A DNA stretch of 63,983 bases, counting the filler, from Dimargaris cristalligena (Eukaryota), in the NCBI GenBank assembly GCA_003614675.1. It is 4 parts of 4 records of this genome, joined end to end, with 100 filler letters (N's around TTAATTAATTAA, not from the genome) between each part and the next. Parts side by side here need not be neighbours in the genome. Positions count along the whole stretch, not along the records: positions 16,852 to 33,598 come from ML002835.1; positions 33,699 to 50,416 come from ML002836.1; 2 more parts are not named here. The stretch is one strand, 5' to 3'. Position 1 is the first letter of the stretch; each line of letters opens with the position of its first letter. Both the position numbers and the translations under genes were made by a program. The notes under the pieces are model-generated. The model saw only the letters and a list, made by a program, of their open reading frames with translations. It searched no databases and had not been told where the DNA came from. This document shows positions 26,876 through 38,027 of this stretch, piece after piece.

Positions 26876-29250
26876 ATTTTACCCCGCTAACTAACCTTAG
26901 TGTTTAAATCCGATAGGCGAGGGCATTACCGTATATTTATTTTATCGGAACAGTGTGGATCAAAATAGCCAACTGTCCGACGTTTCTAGGTTGACAAAGC
27001 TAGTCACGGCGGTCTGACCTAGGTTTCAGTTATAAGGGGCACTAGGACCTGCGGATTAAGCCCGACTAGTATGCCTATAAAAATACTTTTGAGTTTATGG
27101 TCCAAGGAACCCTGTGTTCCATCCACGCACGCTTGGTACAGAAACCATCCGAGAGAGGCGATGGAACAGATCAATGGACTGTTTCTCGCCGCTATTGTTT
27201 CTCGGTTGGGTCACCATTATGGTGACGTATGGGTGGGTTAACCTCCCATCGTCCCGGGATCCCGCCTATATTCCCTTGGTCTATTCGGAGACCCTGTTTT
27301 ACCCGGCCAAACATGGGCTATTTTGGCACTGTTGGGGGCAATACGCAGTCTATGGAATAGGGTTACCTCCCTCCTCTCTTTCTCTCCCCTCCCCCCCATG
27401 CGCTGACCAGGGTTAACGAAGCGACTTGGCTGAAAAAGGCCATATCCCTGAACCCGCCGTCCCATGGCAGGATTGTGCTGACCTGAAACTTCACCCCCCA
27501 CTCACGGACCATTGCGAGCAGCTGTGGCGCACTTCAGCCGGCACTCGTGATTGGAATATTCTCAGTGGACCGATGCTGGGCATCTGGGTAAATAAACTGC
27601 ACCGCGGGTAGATGGTTCCAGAGCCGATAAATGATGCTCTAATTCCCAAATGATAGGCCAAGGGATGCCAGTCGAATTAAAATATTAAGAAAAATGGGAT
27701 GGGCCGTCAAGGAGAGAAAGCGAGAGGGATAGAGTGAGATTGAGAGGGTTTTTCGACAGCGCTGAGAAGAAACAAGTGTAAGAAAACGGGAAGAAAGGAA
27801 GGGGCTTCATTACACAAACTGTGACTCTCCCATACACACGCCACTGTGTTCTATTGCGCTGGCGGGTGCGGCTGTGATTAAGCGGGCTGTGTGGGCTGTG
27901 TGGGCTGGGAGGGTGAAGAGTCGTCACTCATCCCAGTGGATTGTGGTCAATTGGCACCAGGGTGTTGGTTTTTTCCATTGCTTTTGAGCCTATTTTTTAC
28001 TTCTTTTTCTTTCTCATTTTATCGGGCACACTGGTCCTATGTTACGACGACGGGGTGAATGACCCCTAAGGTCGGCTTCGATGTTTGGCCATTTTTCTGG
28101 CTACTTCTATTGCCCTGGGCCGTTTTTACGTATATATAGAAAAACTATACCTATGAATCCTATAATTACCCAATCCCTCGATGGGTCTTTCTCCCCCTTT
28201 TAGACCCCCTTGCCACATTCCACCCCCCCTTTGGTTCACCCGCCCACTGCCCTTGGGAACTATGTATTCTATCCCTCCGGTATAGTTAAACCTTAACAGC
28301 GACTAGCGTCTCTACCCTTTCCCATAGCTCAGGGTGCTACTACCACTGTGCCACCGTCGATTGCGCTCCCATTTTTGGGGAGAAGACTAGTCGATCGAAT
28401 TATCCCTTCCCTTGCCCTTCGGTGAAGCACTGGGGCTGTCAAATACCCTACCGCTCCACATGTCTTTGACCAGGGCTAGCCGTCACTCAATTCTGACCCC
28501 ATCATTGTACACCGAGACTAGACCATGTCGGCCCTGGAAGTGGCTTACCCTGGGTCGTCAGAATCCCACCGGACCTACTGCGCCACTTCTGCCTGGTCCG
28601 CTGCAAGCCGGGAATAAAAAGGAGATTGGGGGACTGGAGCTCAATGATAAACAACAAAAAAGAAGGCTGCACACGGTGCCATCAGCGGCATGACGGAGGC
28701 AATAAAACGTACGATAAATGAGCATGCCAATCGGAGGACCAATAGGTTCGACTAGTGCGCGCGTGTATGGGAGATATGGGTATATTGGGGTGTGGGTGTA
28801 TGGGTGCGTGCCAATGCCAATTGTAATGTAAATATAAATGTAGGCGCGTAGGGAGTCATTGTTAAGCCTGAGGTATCATGTAAAGGCAGTGGGGTAGACC
28901 GGGCTGGTGTTGTTCACTGGGACAATGCCGAATGGGGAAACGGGGGGCAGGGAGGAAACATTGGAACAGTGGTGCCCAATTTCAGGTTAAACCGAGGGGA
29001 AAGGAGGTGGTGGGGGAAGAGAGGACGAGTGAGAGGGGAGGGCAAGGAATAGAGAAAGTGCGGTAGTGGTAAGTCCAGGATTAACCTCGAATTGCCGGTA
29101 GCTAAAGGGGTACGAACACTCCATTTGGTCACGCTCCGAGTCGTAGAAGTGGTCCATAAAAAAGGGACTACTACGAAGAGCTGGGAGACGACTAGGCCAA
29201 TCCCAAATCCCTCAGCACTTTTCCAATTCTGACCCTCAGCTCCTAAATAA

Positions 29251-29516
29251 GTAAACGTAAACAAAGCGTGGAGCAACAAGTAAACCTGCGCTTCAGCGAT
29301 TGGTTGGGGACAAGGGCGGGTATTGCTGGGGGGGAGGTGATGGGTAGGGTAGAGACAGCGACAGGAAGGGGGGGAGAGGAGTGCTTCTCTAATGCCGGCT
29401 TAAAGTAAACAGGCATTATTTACTTGCAGCATCCGTGGACCAATCAGAGGCGCGCCCGGCAGGCTAATGTAAACAATACCGTGGGGGGATTGTTGTCACT
29501 TTCACTATGCGTTTAC
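29251..29516. promoter_or_regulatory. CCAAT + forkhead-site module B
   Basis: GTAAACA at 29257, 29405 and 29469; TATTTAC at 29417; ATTGG at 29299; GACCAATCA at 29438; GGCGCGCC at 29449. Confidence 0.5.
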
Positions 29517-32500
29517 AAAAACCATCAATGAGAGTGGGGTTGTACTGATAAGCTAGTATTATTCTCCCATCCACACATAATTTATTATATATATTTATAA
29601 ATACATATACATCATATTCAGCCAGGTCCACACCAACGCTTTCCATCTTGGGCAGAGCTTTGAAAGGGGTCAGTGTGAGGTGGGGAAGGAGTAGTTGTTA
29701 TAGCAGCAGTCTTGTTCACCCATTGTTATTTTTGTTAAATAGAATTAACCCAAAGGCCAATATTTTTTTTTAATTGGACAACCGGGCAATCTTACCGGGA
29801 CGAAGCTGGAAAGGAAGTGCAAAAGAATCATTAGTCCATGGTACTTGGCCGTAAATGGGCTACGCGCGTCTCTCGAGCGAGATGCTTGCACCTCATCTTC
29901 TCCCCCCTTCATGATTATTTACTTTTGGTTGTTTTGGCGTCCAGTATCTTATCGGGAGCGCCTCTTTCCATACATGTTTTCCCCCTTAACGTCAACACTC
30001 CTCCCCCCCATGGCCTGCTTGCCGACAGGTAGGAGACACATACATGGTTGTGTATAATAGCCTACCATCACATTAGTTGAATTGGTAGCGGAGAAGGGGG
30101 GCGGATCCAGTTGCTTCATTGGATTACTCCAGAACACAGACAGCCCAAGAATGTGTGTGGCTTTTTGCCCATGGTGGCAGCTTCGGAAGCCCACCTATTC
30201 CCCTGCCAGCCACTCAGCATCGAGCAACGCTGGCTGCTCTCTCCGTCAGTAGTGCCTGCCCTCCCCCCCCATGTACACACACATACACCCTCACTCTCGG
30301 GGGGTGCTGTGCGGAATACCTTAAAAAAATTATAATTCAACCTGCTCAGTCTGTGTTACACCACTAGCCGAGTAGCGTGCGGGTACCCTCTCTTTTCTCT
30401 GACTGGCCCGGCTCCTCTCCCTCACCAAAACCTTTATAAAACCCTGCTCGCCCGGCCTCGACGTCCAACCAAGATTTCCTTATCATAGGCTGCTGACTGA
30501 CTCTCCCATGCGCGTGGACATTGTCTTTTACTTTGTCGCTCTGTTATGTGTGTTTCTCGTACCCACCCGCGGTCGAACTGTATCTCTCTCCTTCCCTCTC
30601 TATCTTTCCTTGGTCCGTACCGTATCTGTTTTGCGTGTAACCCTTTGTTGTCGTTTGTTTCTTCTTCCTATCTCTCGAGACCCGTTGCCTCGATTGGATC
30701 ACACATTCGTCTAGCCCTTCGTTCATGTACCTCCCCCCTTATCTTTAGCTAGCATCTCGTTTATATAATACCACCCCACTATCTTCGCTCGAGTAAATCA
30801 ACCGTCCATCCCTGACTTCTGTTCATCCTGTAGTTTGCGACCTGTTCTTCTCCAGTAGCCTCTCGCAAGTAGTTTACGAGTATATGTTAGAAATAGCTGC
30901 TCCAGTCGAGTCCTCATCATAAAAAAGGTAATCGTCACCGAAATATTGGCAATCGGGGCTGTTTAGATTTTCTTAGGGATATTCGGTTAACGCGTGTAAA
31001 GGGATATCAGAGTCAGCTCTAATTTTGCCTTTGTTCCGGCTTCTTGGGGAGCCAACTTGGTGGCGGTTGATTTATCCGGGTATGATGACTCTTCGTTGGC
31101 TTTTGTTGCGAAGTCTAATTGGCCGCCACGCCGAAATAAAAATACCCGACTGGTGGTGATTTTTTCGGTGCTCTATCAGTGGTATTTCGATCCCTATACT
31201 CTTTTTCTTTCGTTCCCCTTCCTCGCCTGCTATTCTCCCCCCCTCCTCGTTGACCACAGCGCCCCTGGTTACCAAATTGAGTATGCTTGGCTCCCCCATA
31301 TGGCCCCCTTTTTCAGGCTGTTTTTCGGCATTTATCTCCCTCATCCCCACCGTCGGGACTTGCCGTCTCTCCACCATTGTTACCATCCTTAGCTTCTCGC
31401 CCTCCCTAGTATTCACACTCTGACCTGCTCCCTGTCCTCCGTACTACATTTCACCTATTGACACTTCCCCCGCCCCTCTTTAGCAGACCCTCCTCCTCCT
31501 CCCAGTGGTTGATACGTTGCCTACCACAGGCCCACATTAGACCACAGCCCCAGTGCAACACCAGCCCCGTCTCCTTAGTTCTGACAGCCTATCGCTACGC
31601 ACGGCCACAGTCGCCCACTTATATATTATCCCCTCTGACAACCCCCCTCTCCTGGAATCGCTCCCCATTTGGCCCTTTTACCCTTGTGTGCCCCTCTCTC
31701 TTGACTCCTCCCACATATCCCTTTTATCCGTGGTCCGATTTTTGTGGGTCCTCTCGCTTTACACTCCACTACTTTGGCTGGATCGCACCTATTACTTGAG
31801 CAGATTGATTCCTGTAGCCTATCCTCTACTGTCGAACCGACCACACAACCACCCCACCTTCCCCAAACGTTTCATATTCTCCAACTGTACTGGTTACTTG
31901 GAGGTCCACTAAACCCCATTTATTTTAGCCACCTTTTACTGACCACTTTATACCCTAGCCTCGGCCCTGCACCGTTCTTGTTCCAAGAATCGCGACTCGT
32001 TAATCCGCTCTTCGCCTCCTTGTTCGCAAACTCGGTAATCGTAACTAGCCGGTGCCGTTAGATTATCTTCACCGACCCCAGTCATCAGCCATTATTCATT
32101 GTCGCTTCTTGATTAGCGTGTGTTCCCTCGCCGCCGATTACAGCCGCGACCTGATTGTTTATTTTGACCAGCGTAACCGACACCTTTCATTGGCTCGTCC
32201 GCTTCACCGATTGCGTGTTTACTTTTACCAGCGAGAATATTACTAGTGCGTATCCTGCTGCTGCTGCTGTACGCCCGCGCACTTTCCCTTGCTTCCTCCT
32301 CTTCTCGTCCAGCCTAAGCCTGCTTAGCCCGTCTGGCCCTTACTCCATCTCCGAATCTCCCGTTCTCTCACTATCTCACTCGATTGCGGTGCCTGTGTGA
32401 AGCTCTCCTTGCTCTCTCCTCCCCTCACTCCTTGTCGCCCTCTCTCTCCCCTTTTCACTTGCTCCCTGTCCGATTCCTGTAGATGCGCTCCCATTGGTCA

Positions 32501-33598
32501 CTTGGGTTCTAACCAGCCTGTCTATCCATCGCCCTTCCTATTATATTATTATTACCCCACGCTTGAAACCGCCTGTCGCTATTTATCACTTCACGCCTTG
32601 TAGCCGTATCGTTGCGCTTTGTTTATCATTCTCCAGCCCACTAATCCCCTCTCCCTCCCCTGCTCACTGCGCTGTGACTTCTCTCCTAAGACCTCGCTCT
32701 GGTTTTATATTTCGCTTGTTTTCCGTATTGGTGTGCCTAATCGCTCAGAGCTCCCCCTCTCTCTTCTGCGTGCGCCCCTGACTATTGACCGCCATTGCGC
32801 AGTTGTGATCAGTTCAAATATTGACGTCGCCCAGCCCCGCCTGCCCGTCCGTCCGTTTGCCCTGCGGATACTGTTTATATTGTGGTTCATTTATATATAG
32901 ACCAACAGCCGCCCCCACTCATCGCTCTCTTTTCCGTCTTACCCGTTACTTGCGTCCAACGTCGGTCCTCATCAAGTTTTGGGTCATATTGATCTAGCAT
33001 TACAGTTCCAATCCTCTGTTATTACTTCTATTCTAATTGTCTAATATCCGCTCTCACCCCCCTAATTTTCCTCCCCGGTCGACTTACAACTTGGATTCAT
33101 TGGCCAATTCCGTCTCTGGATCAGTCCGCCCGCCTTACATATTCCATAACGCCACAGGCTTAGTTTACATACCCTTAAAAGATCATATCCGCTCCATCGT
33201 AGTAGTGACTTTCACCTACTAGTGTGTTTTCCCAGTAACTGACGATTCTTTCCTCTAGGGATTTTCCATTTACGACTAACCAGCTGCGCCAATCCCCTCA
33301 CTATACCGCACACACACACACACACCCTCCCCCATACCTCTTTCCTTTCCTATTCGGCCCACTACCCTGCCTCAGTACCCTGGACACTACGTCGCTCCTT
33401 CCCACTGCCTAACCATCGACCCAGTGCTTGTCCATCTCTTTTCCTCTCTCGCTCACCGCTTCCGCCAAACAGTTGTTCTCTCATTTGCCAATCGTTTTTT
33501 TGTGGAGGGCCTAGTTACTAGTTGGTTTATATCAAGTATATAGAGCGGCTTACCTATTTCCAGTCCTTTTTGACGATCATTGTTTTGATTTTGTCCTC

Positions 33599-33698
33599 NN
33601 NNNNNNNNNNNNNNNNNNNNNNNNNNNNNNNNNNNNNNNNNNTTAATTAATTAANNNNNNNNNNNNNNNNNNNNNNNNNNNNNNNNNNNNNNNNNNNN
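33599..33698. other. Artificial contig linker
   Basis: 44 N + TTAATTAATTAA + 44 N. Confidence 0.97.
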
Positions 33699-33832
33699 GT
33701 CTGGTGGGGTGAGGTCACGGTACGGGTGCGACGCTTCCGGTCCCGCGGACTGGGGTCCTCCTTGAGGATATGGGCCAGCGAGAGAGCCTCCGAGCGGGAC
33801 GCGGCTGGCGGGTCCAGGGAGGTTCTGTTCAT
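33699..33832 (-). CDS. 5' fragment of a probable homeodomain transcription factor (truncated by contig end)
   Basis: MNRTSLDPPAASRSEALSLAHILKEDPSPRDRKRRTRTVTSPHQ. RKRRTRT.TSP.Q fits a homeodomain N-terminal arm and the start of helix 1. The ATG follows a CT-rich leader. Confidence 0.7.
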
Positions 33833-34249
33833 GGAAGGGCGGTACCTGTGGGGAATGGGAAAAGAAGAGAATGGGGAATGGAGGACGGGCTGGGTGGGTG
33901 GGGTGCGCGAGAGAGAAAGAGAAAGAGAGAGAGAAAGAGAAGATAAGAGGAAAGACGAGACGAGGTTGAAAGAGGGAAATAAAAGGAGAGAAGAGCAGTA
34001 TGTGCAACTCGCCCACCCAACCTTAAATTAATTAAGGACTGTGTTTGTAACGAAGGGAAGGGCAGAAAGGAGAGGTTAAGAAGGAGAAGAGAGAAGGAAG
34101 GAAGGAGTGGAATACACGAGAAGTAATTATTAGAAAGAGACTATATGTGGAGGAGACGAGAAGTGCTCAGCCAAAAGCGGAAAGAAGTCAGGGAGACGAA
34201 GGATGGGCTGGGCAATAAATAGGAGAAATACCAGTATTAGTAGTATTAG

Positions 34250-34351
34250 TATGAAAGAATAGGTAATAGTATATGAAAGAATAGGTAATAGTATATGAAA
34301 GAATAGGTAATAGTATATGAAAGAATAGGTAATAGTATATGAAAGAATAGG
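34250..34351. repeat. 22-bp minisatellite, about 4.6 copies
   Basis: Unit ATGAAAGAATAGGTAATAGTAT recurs at 34251, 34273, 34295, 34317 and (partial) 34339. Confidence 0.92.
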
Positions 34352-35040
34352 CGGGTGGCGGAGTCTCTCCCTCTCATTTCGCATGGGGGGATTCATTAAC
34401 GGGGAGTACCACTACTATTATATTATAAATATTATTACTATTACCATTACCATTACTATTAGTGTTATTAGTATTATTAGTATTATTAGTATTATTAGTA
34501 TTATTATTAATTAGCCTGGTATTTGTGCGATGCCATCGGGAATGGCTTGGGAATATCCAGCAGAGAGGGGACATGATGGCTTAGCGGGTGCCAGAGTGCG
34601 ATCGTACCACTCGTCGCCGCACGGGGTGGAACTGTCGCCGGAAATGGTGATATGAACGTGCGAACCTTGCTGCTCGTTACTTTACCTCGCATTGCTTTAC
34701 TACAACATAGTATACTATGCCAACCCTAACCTTTCATTATCAAGCTATATATTATGTACTTCACTTCATTTCCTTGCGTATCCTCTCTTTTCTTTTAATT
34801 AACCCTACCACATCGATATCCTGAGGCATAGACTCTTGGCCAGATACCCTGGCGAAGGTTACACTGGCCTTTTGGGTAAATTAAAATTTAATTATCACCC
34901 GTTCTGATGGTTGCCGTTTTAGGACGATCATGCGAAGAAATGCCATAACAGGCACAACCAACCACCAATCACAGTGGGAGTTTCCCTATTGTATATATAA
35001 CCTTCTAAATGACTTGAATCCTCTCTTATGCGCATTGTCT

Positions 35041-35140
35041 ATATAACAATACTCTATTCCTATTCCAATAATATAACAGTACTCTATTCCTATTCCAATA
35101 ATATAACAGTACTCTATTCCTATTCCAATAATTTAACAAT
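35041..35140. repeat. 30-bp minisatellite, about 3.3 copies
   Basis: Unit ATATAACAGTACTCTATTCCTATTCCAATA at 35041 (one mismatch), 35071 and 35101, plus a partial copy. Confidence 0.92.
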
Positions 35141-37130
35141 AGATCCACTTCCAAGGCACCTCTATGCTGGGTATGTATTATTCCTCCTGGTATCATATTT
35201 ATATTTATATTAACATTTATATACCGGCCCCTCCTCTCTATTTACCCCCGGCGAATCCGTCTTTTAACCAACCAACCAGCCAACCACACACACATCTCAT
35301 CTCACTCCGCTCCAATCCAATCCAATCCATCCATACATACATACATCCCGATGGCGGCCTGCTTCATTTTTCCATTGCCACGCCCCTCTCCACTACCCCC
35401 CTTTCCTATGATTTCGTCGACTTCATTACGTTACGGCCGACTACTCCAAATAATAAGTAATTAGTATCATCGCCACCAGTTCCCACCCAAGCCTTTAATC
35501 ATTATCATTCCTGCTTTTTTACGCAGGCCGTGCCTCTATATCTATCCATTACCCGCATCTACATCCCAATCTATATAGTATCTACCCCTCTGAAACAAAG
35601 CAGACCCCCTTCCCGTTGCTGCCGGGTCTTTTCCCCGCAGTCCATGGGAGGAGGTGGCTGGCTGGAGACGTACATTTTCCTATCCCTGTGTGTCACGCTT
35701 CGCTGGCCTTGTTCGTGGGTCCATTGTTCTTGTTTGAGCCCCCTTTTATACTACTACTATTACTACCCCTGTCCTGTCTTTAACCACCCCCCTTCCTGTT
35801 TGACGTGGCGCCCGCCGACCTGGGAGATATTACATCATCTCTATCCTATATAACATCCATCATCGCTTGCAATACTGGTCCTTCCACCGTCCCGTATGTT
35901 AAGCCCGCCTTGGCTTAATGGTCCTCCGCGATTCCTGTAGCGAGTGCAAGAAATAATCAAATTAAAAACTGTGGAAGATTCCCTCCTCTATTATATAGCC
36001 ATCACTGTTATCTAAACAATACCATAATAACCATAATAATAAAAATAACAACAACAAAACAATATTCCCTCTAACCCAGAAACAGTCAACTGGCGCCGAC
36101 CTATGCGTATCCCCCCGGCCCGCTACGATCCGGCCCGTCAATGGCCACATCCCGCCACTGGAACTCGTTGAGTTGATTGAGGGCCACGGTGTCTCCCAGG
36201 TCAAGCACTACACGGTATCACCATCACCAAAATACATCGTATAGTCACAGAATGATGGTCCAAATATTAAATAGAACCCAATGAATTAATTAAATAAATC
36301 ACTCGCGTGATGGCATCGCTATACCCTCTAAAATAAATAAAATACACCCGCTATCCCACGCCCAAAAAGAATAAAGCACTGTGAAAATAAGAGAATCCGA
36401 CCCAGGTGCCTGTTCATTAAAAACCTACCTTCGTCAGGAAGGGTTTCCTGTCGCCACTCGTCGTCAATGACGGCAACCAGGGCACTATTGCGCATCCACA
36501 GATAGCTGTACTGTCCGTCCTAATGTTCCTCACAGGTAGACCAGTAAATCATTCACCATCAAGGAAGTAGAGCAAAGCGGCAAAGTTAGGTTAGGCTAGG
36601 CTAGGCTAGGCTAGGGCAAGTTAGAGTAGACCAGCCTAATCCGGTGATGCATCAAAGAGCCGGCCAAGTAGTAGTAGTAATAGTAGTAGGGGGCAGTCTC
36701 ATAGGACTATAAGACGAAACACACCAAGCCCACTCGAAGGTGCCAACTTCGCCCGAACTGCTTACCATGCCTTGGGTGTCAATATATATATATAAACAGA
36801 GTCGGAGTCAGAGTCAGAGTCAGAAGCGGTAAAGGTGGTCAAGCAGTCGAATCTCGCGTGAACATGAAACTTAAAAGACTGAAAGATCATTGGGATGAAA
36901 CATCCCGGTAAGCGGCTAAAGGGCGTGCATATGCGTGTCGGTCTATGTAGGCGTGAGCCTACAAGTGGTAATGAACTCGGTGGTGGGTCCTTCGATTCCT
37001 GCCCAGTTTTACCAACCCACTACTTTGATTCACTTGTACGTTTGATTTCGATCGGGTTTACTTCACGCGACCGTACAGCACTAGGCATACATAAAGGCAC
37101 ATCCATAACCATACCCAGAAATATACCCCC

Positions 37131-37853
37131 ATGGGTAAAGCCAAGCGCCCTGCTCGCTCCCGCGACCTCCAAAGTACCCCCGAAGCCCCGCCGCCATGGC
37201 CCCCCATTCAACTCCAACCCTACCTGACCCTTCAGGAAGTCATTCCCGACCACGTATTCACCATCCCCCGCTTCTTCACCGCCGTTGACTGTCGTCGCTG
37301 GATCGAGCTGGCCGAACAGCCCGCCCGCTTCCCCCCCGAGCCCCGAACCGTTGTGCCCCGCCCCGGGCATGCCTACCGCAATAATTCCCGGGTGGCCTGG
37401 CACGACGCCGAATTCGCCCGCCGCCTCTGGGACGAATCCGGTCTGGCCGAGCTCCTGGCCCCCTGGTGGGTACTGGGCGCCCAGCTGGCTAATAGTGGCC
37501 CCCCTCCCAAACGCCCTGGTGTCCGGCGTCCCGTCGGACTGAACGACAACATTCGGCTCTACCGCTACCGCCCCGGTCAGCGGTTCGGTGCCCACTACGA
37601 CGAAGCCGTGCGCGATAGCCAAGGGCGCCACAGCGAATTCACCCTCCTCATTTACTTAAACGAGGTCGGCCCCGCCGCGGGGGGTGAAACCGTCTTTTAT
37701 CCCTCCGACTCGAGCTCTACCGGTCTAGCCGTTGCTCCCCAGCGGGGTCTCGCCCTGCTACACCGCCACGGCGCCCACTGCCTTCGCCACGAAGGACGCG
37801 AGGTCCGGACAGGCACCAAATACGTGCTACGATCCGACGTTATGTTTGCCTAA
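37131..37853 (+). CDS. 2-oxoglutarate/Fe(II)-dependent dioxygenase (prolyl 4-hydroxylase-like)
   Basis: GLNDNIRLYRYRPGQRFGAHYD (HxD), TLLIYLN, GGETVF, LRHEG (distal His) and KYVLRSDVMF. Confidence 0.92.
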   Translation: MGKAKRPARSRDLQSTPEAPPPWPPIQLQPYLTLQEVIPDHVFTIPRFFTAVDCRRWIELAEQPARFPPEPRTVVPRPGHAYRNNSRVAWHDAEFARRLWDESGLAELLAPWWVLGAQLANSGPPPKRPGVRRPVGLNDNIRLYRYRPGQRFGAHYDEAVRDSQGRHSEFTLLIYLNEVGPAAGGETVFYPSDSSSTGLAVAPQRGLALLHRHGAHCLRHEGREVRTGTKYVLRSDVMFA

Positions 37854-38027
37854 TTTCTGTCCGCCTTGTTAGTATTATTATGATCATTTTTTTTCATAAA
37901 AAGATTCATCAATGGTCTACACTTTATTTATACTACATCCATCACCGGGGACGCGCTCCTGCTCAATCAAACCCCCCGCCCCTCCCACGAAGAATCTTTA
38001 TATATCAACATATAAATATCTAGAGTA

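Noticed and set aside
30435-33832. Gene desert as the regulatory region of the homeobox gene
   Set aside because: They are on different contigs, and the homeobox gene reads toward the linker from the other side.
34250-35140. Tandem repeats as a CRISPR-like array
   Set aside because: Head-to-tail units without unique spacers, a eukaryotic context and no cas genes.
36586-36615. TTAGG/CTAGG run as a telomere
   Set aside because: Only six degenerate internal units; an ordinary microsatellite.
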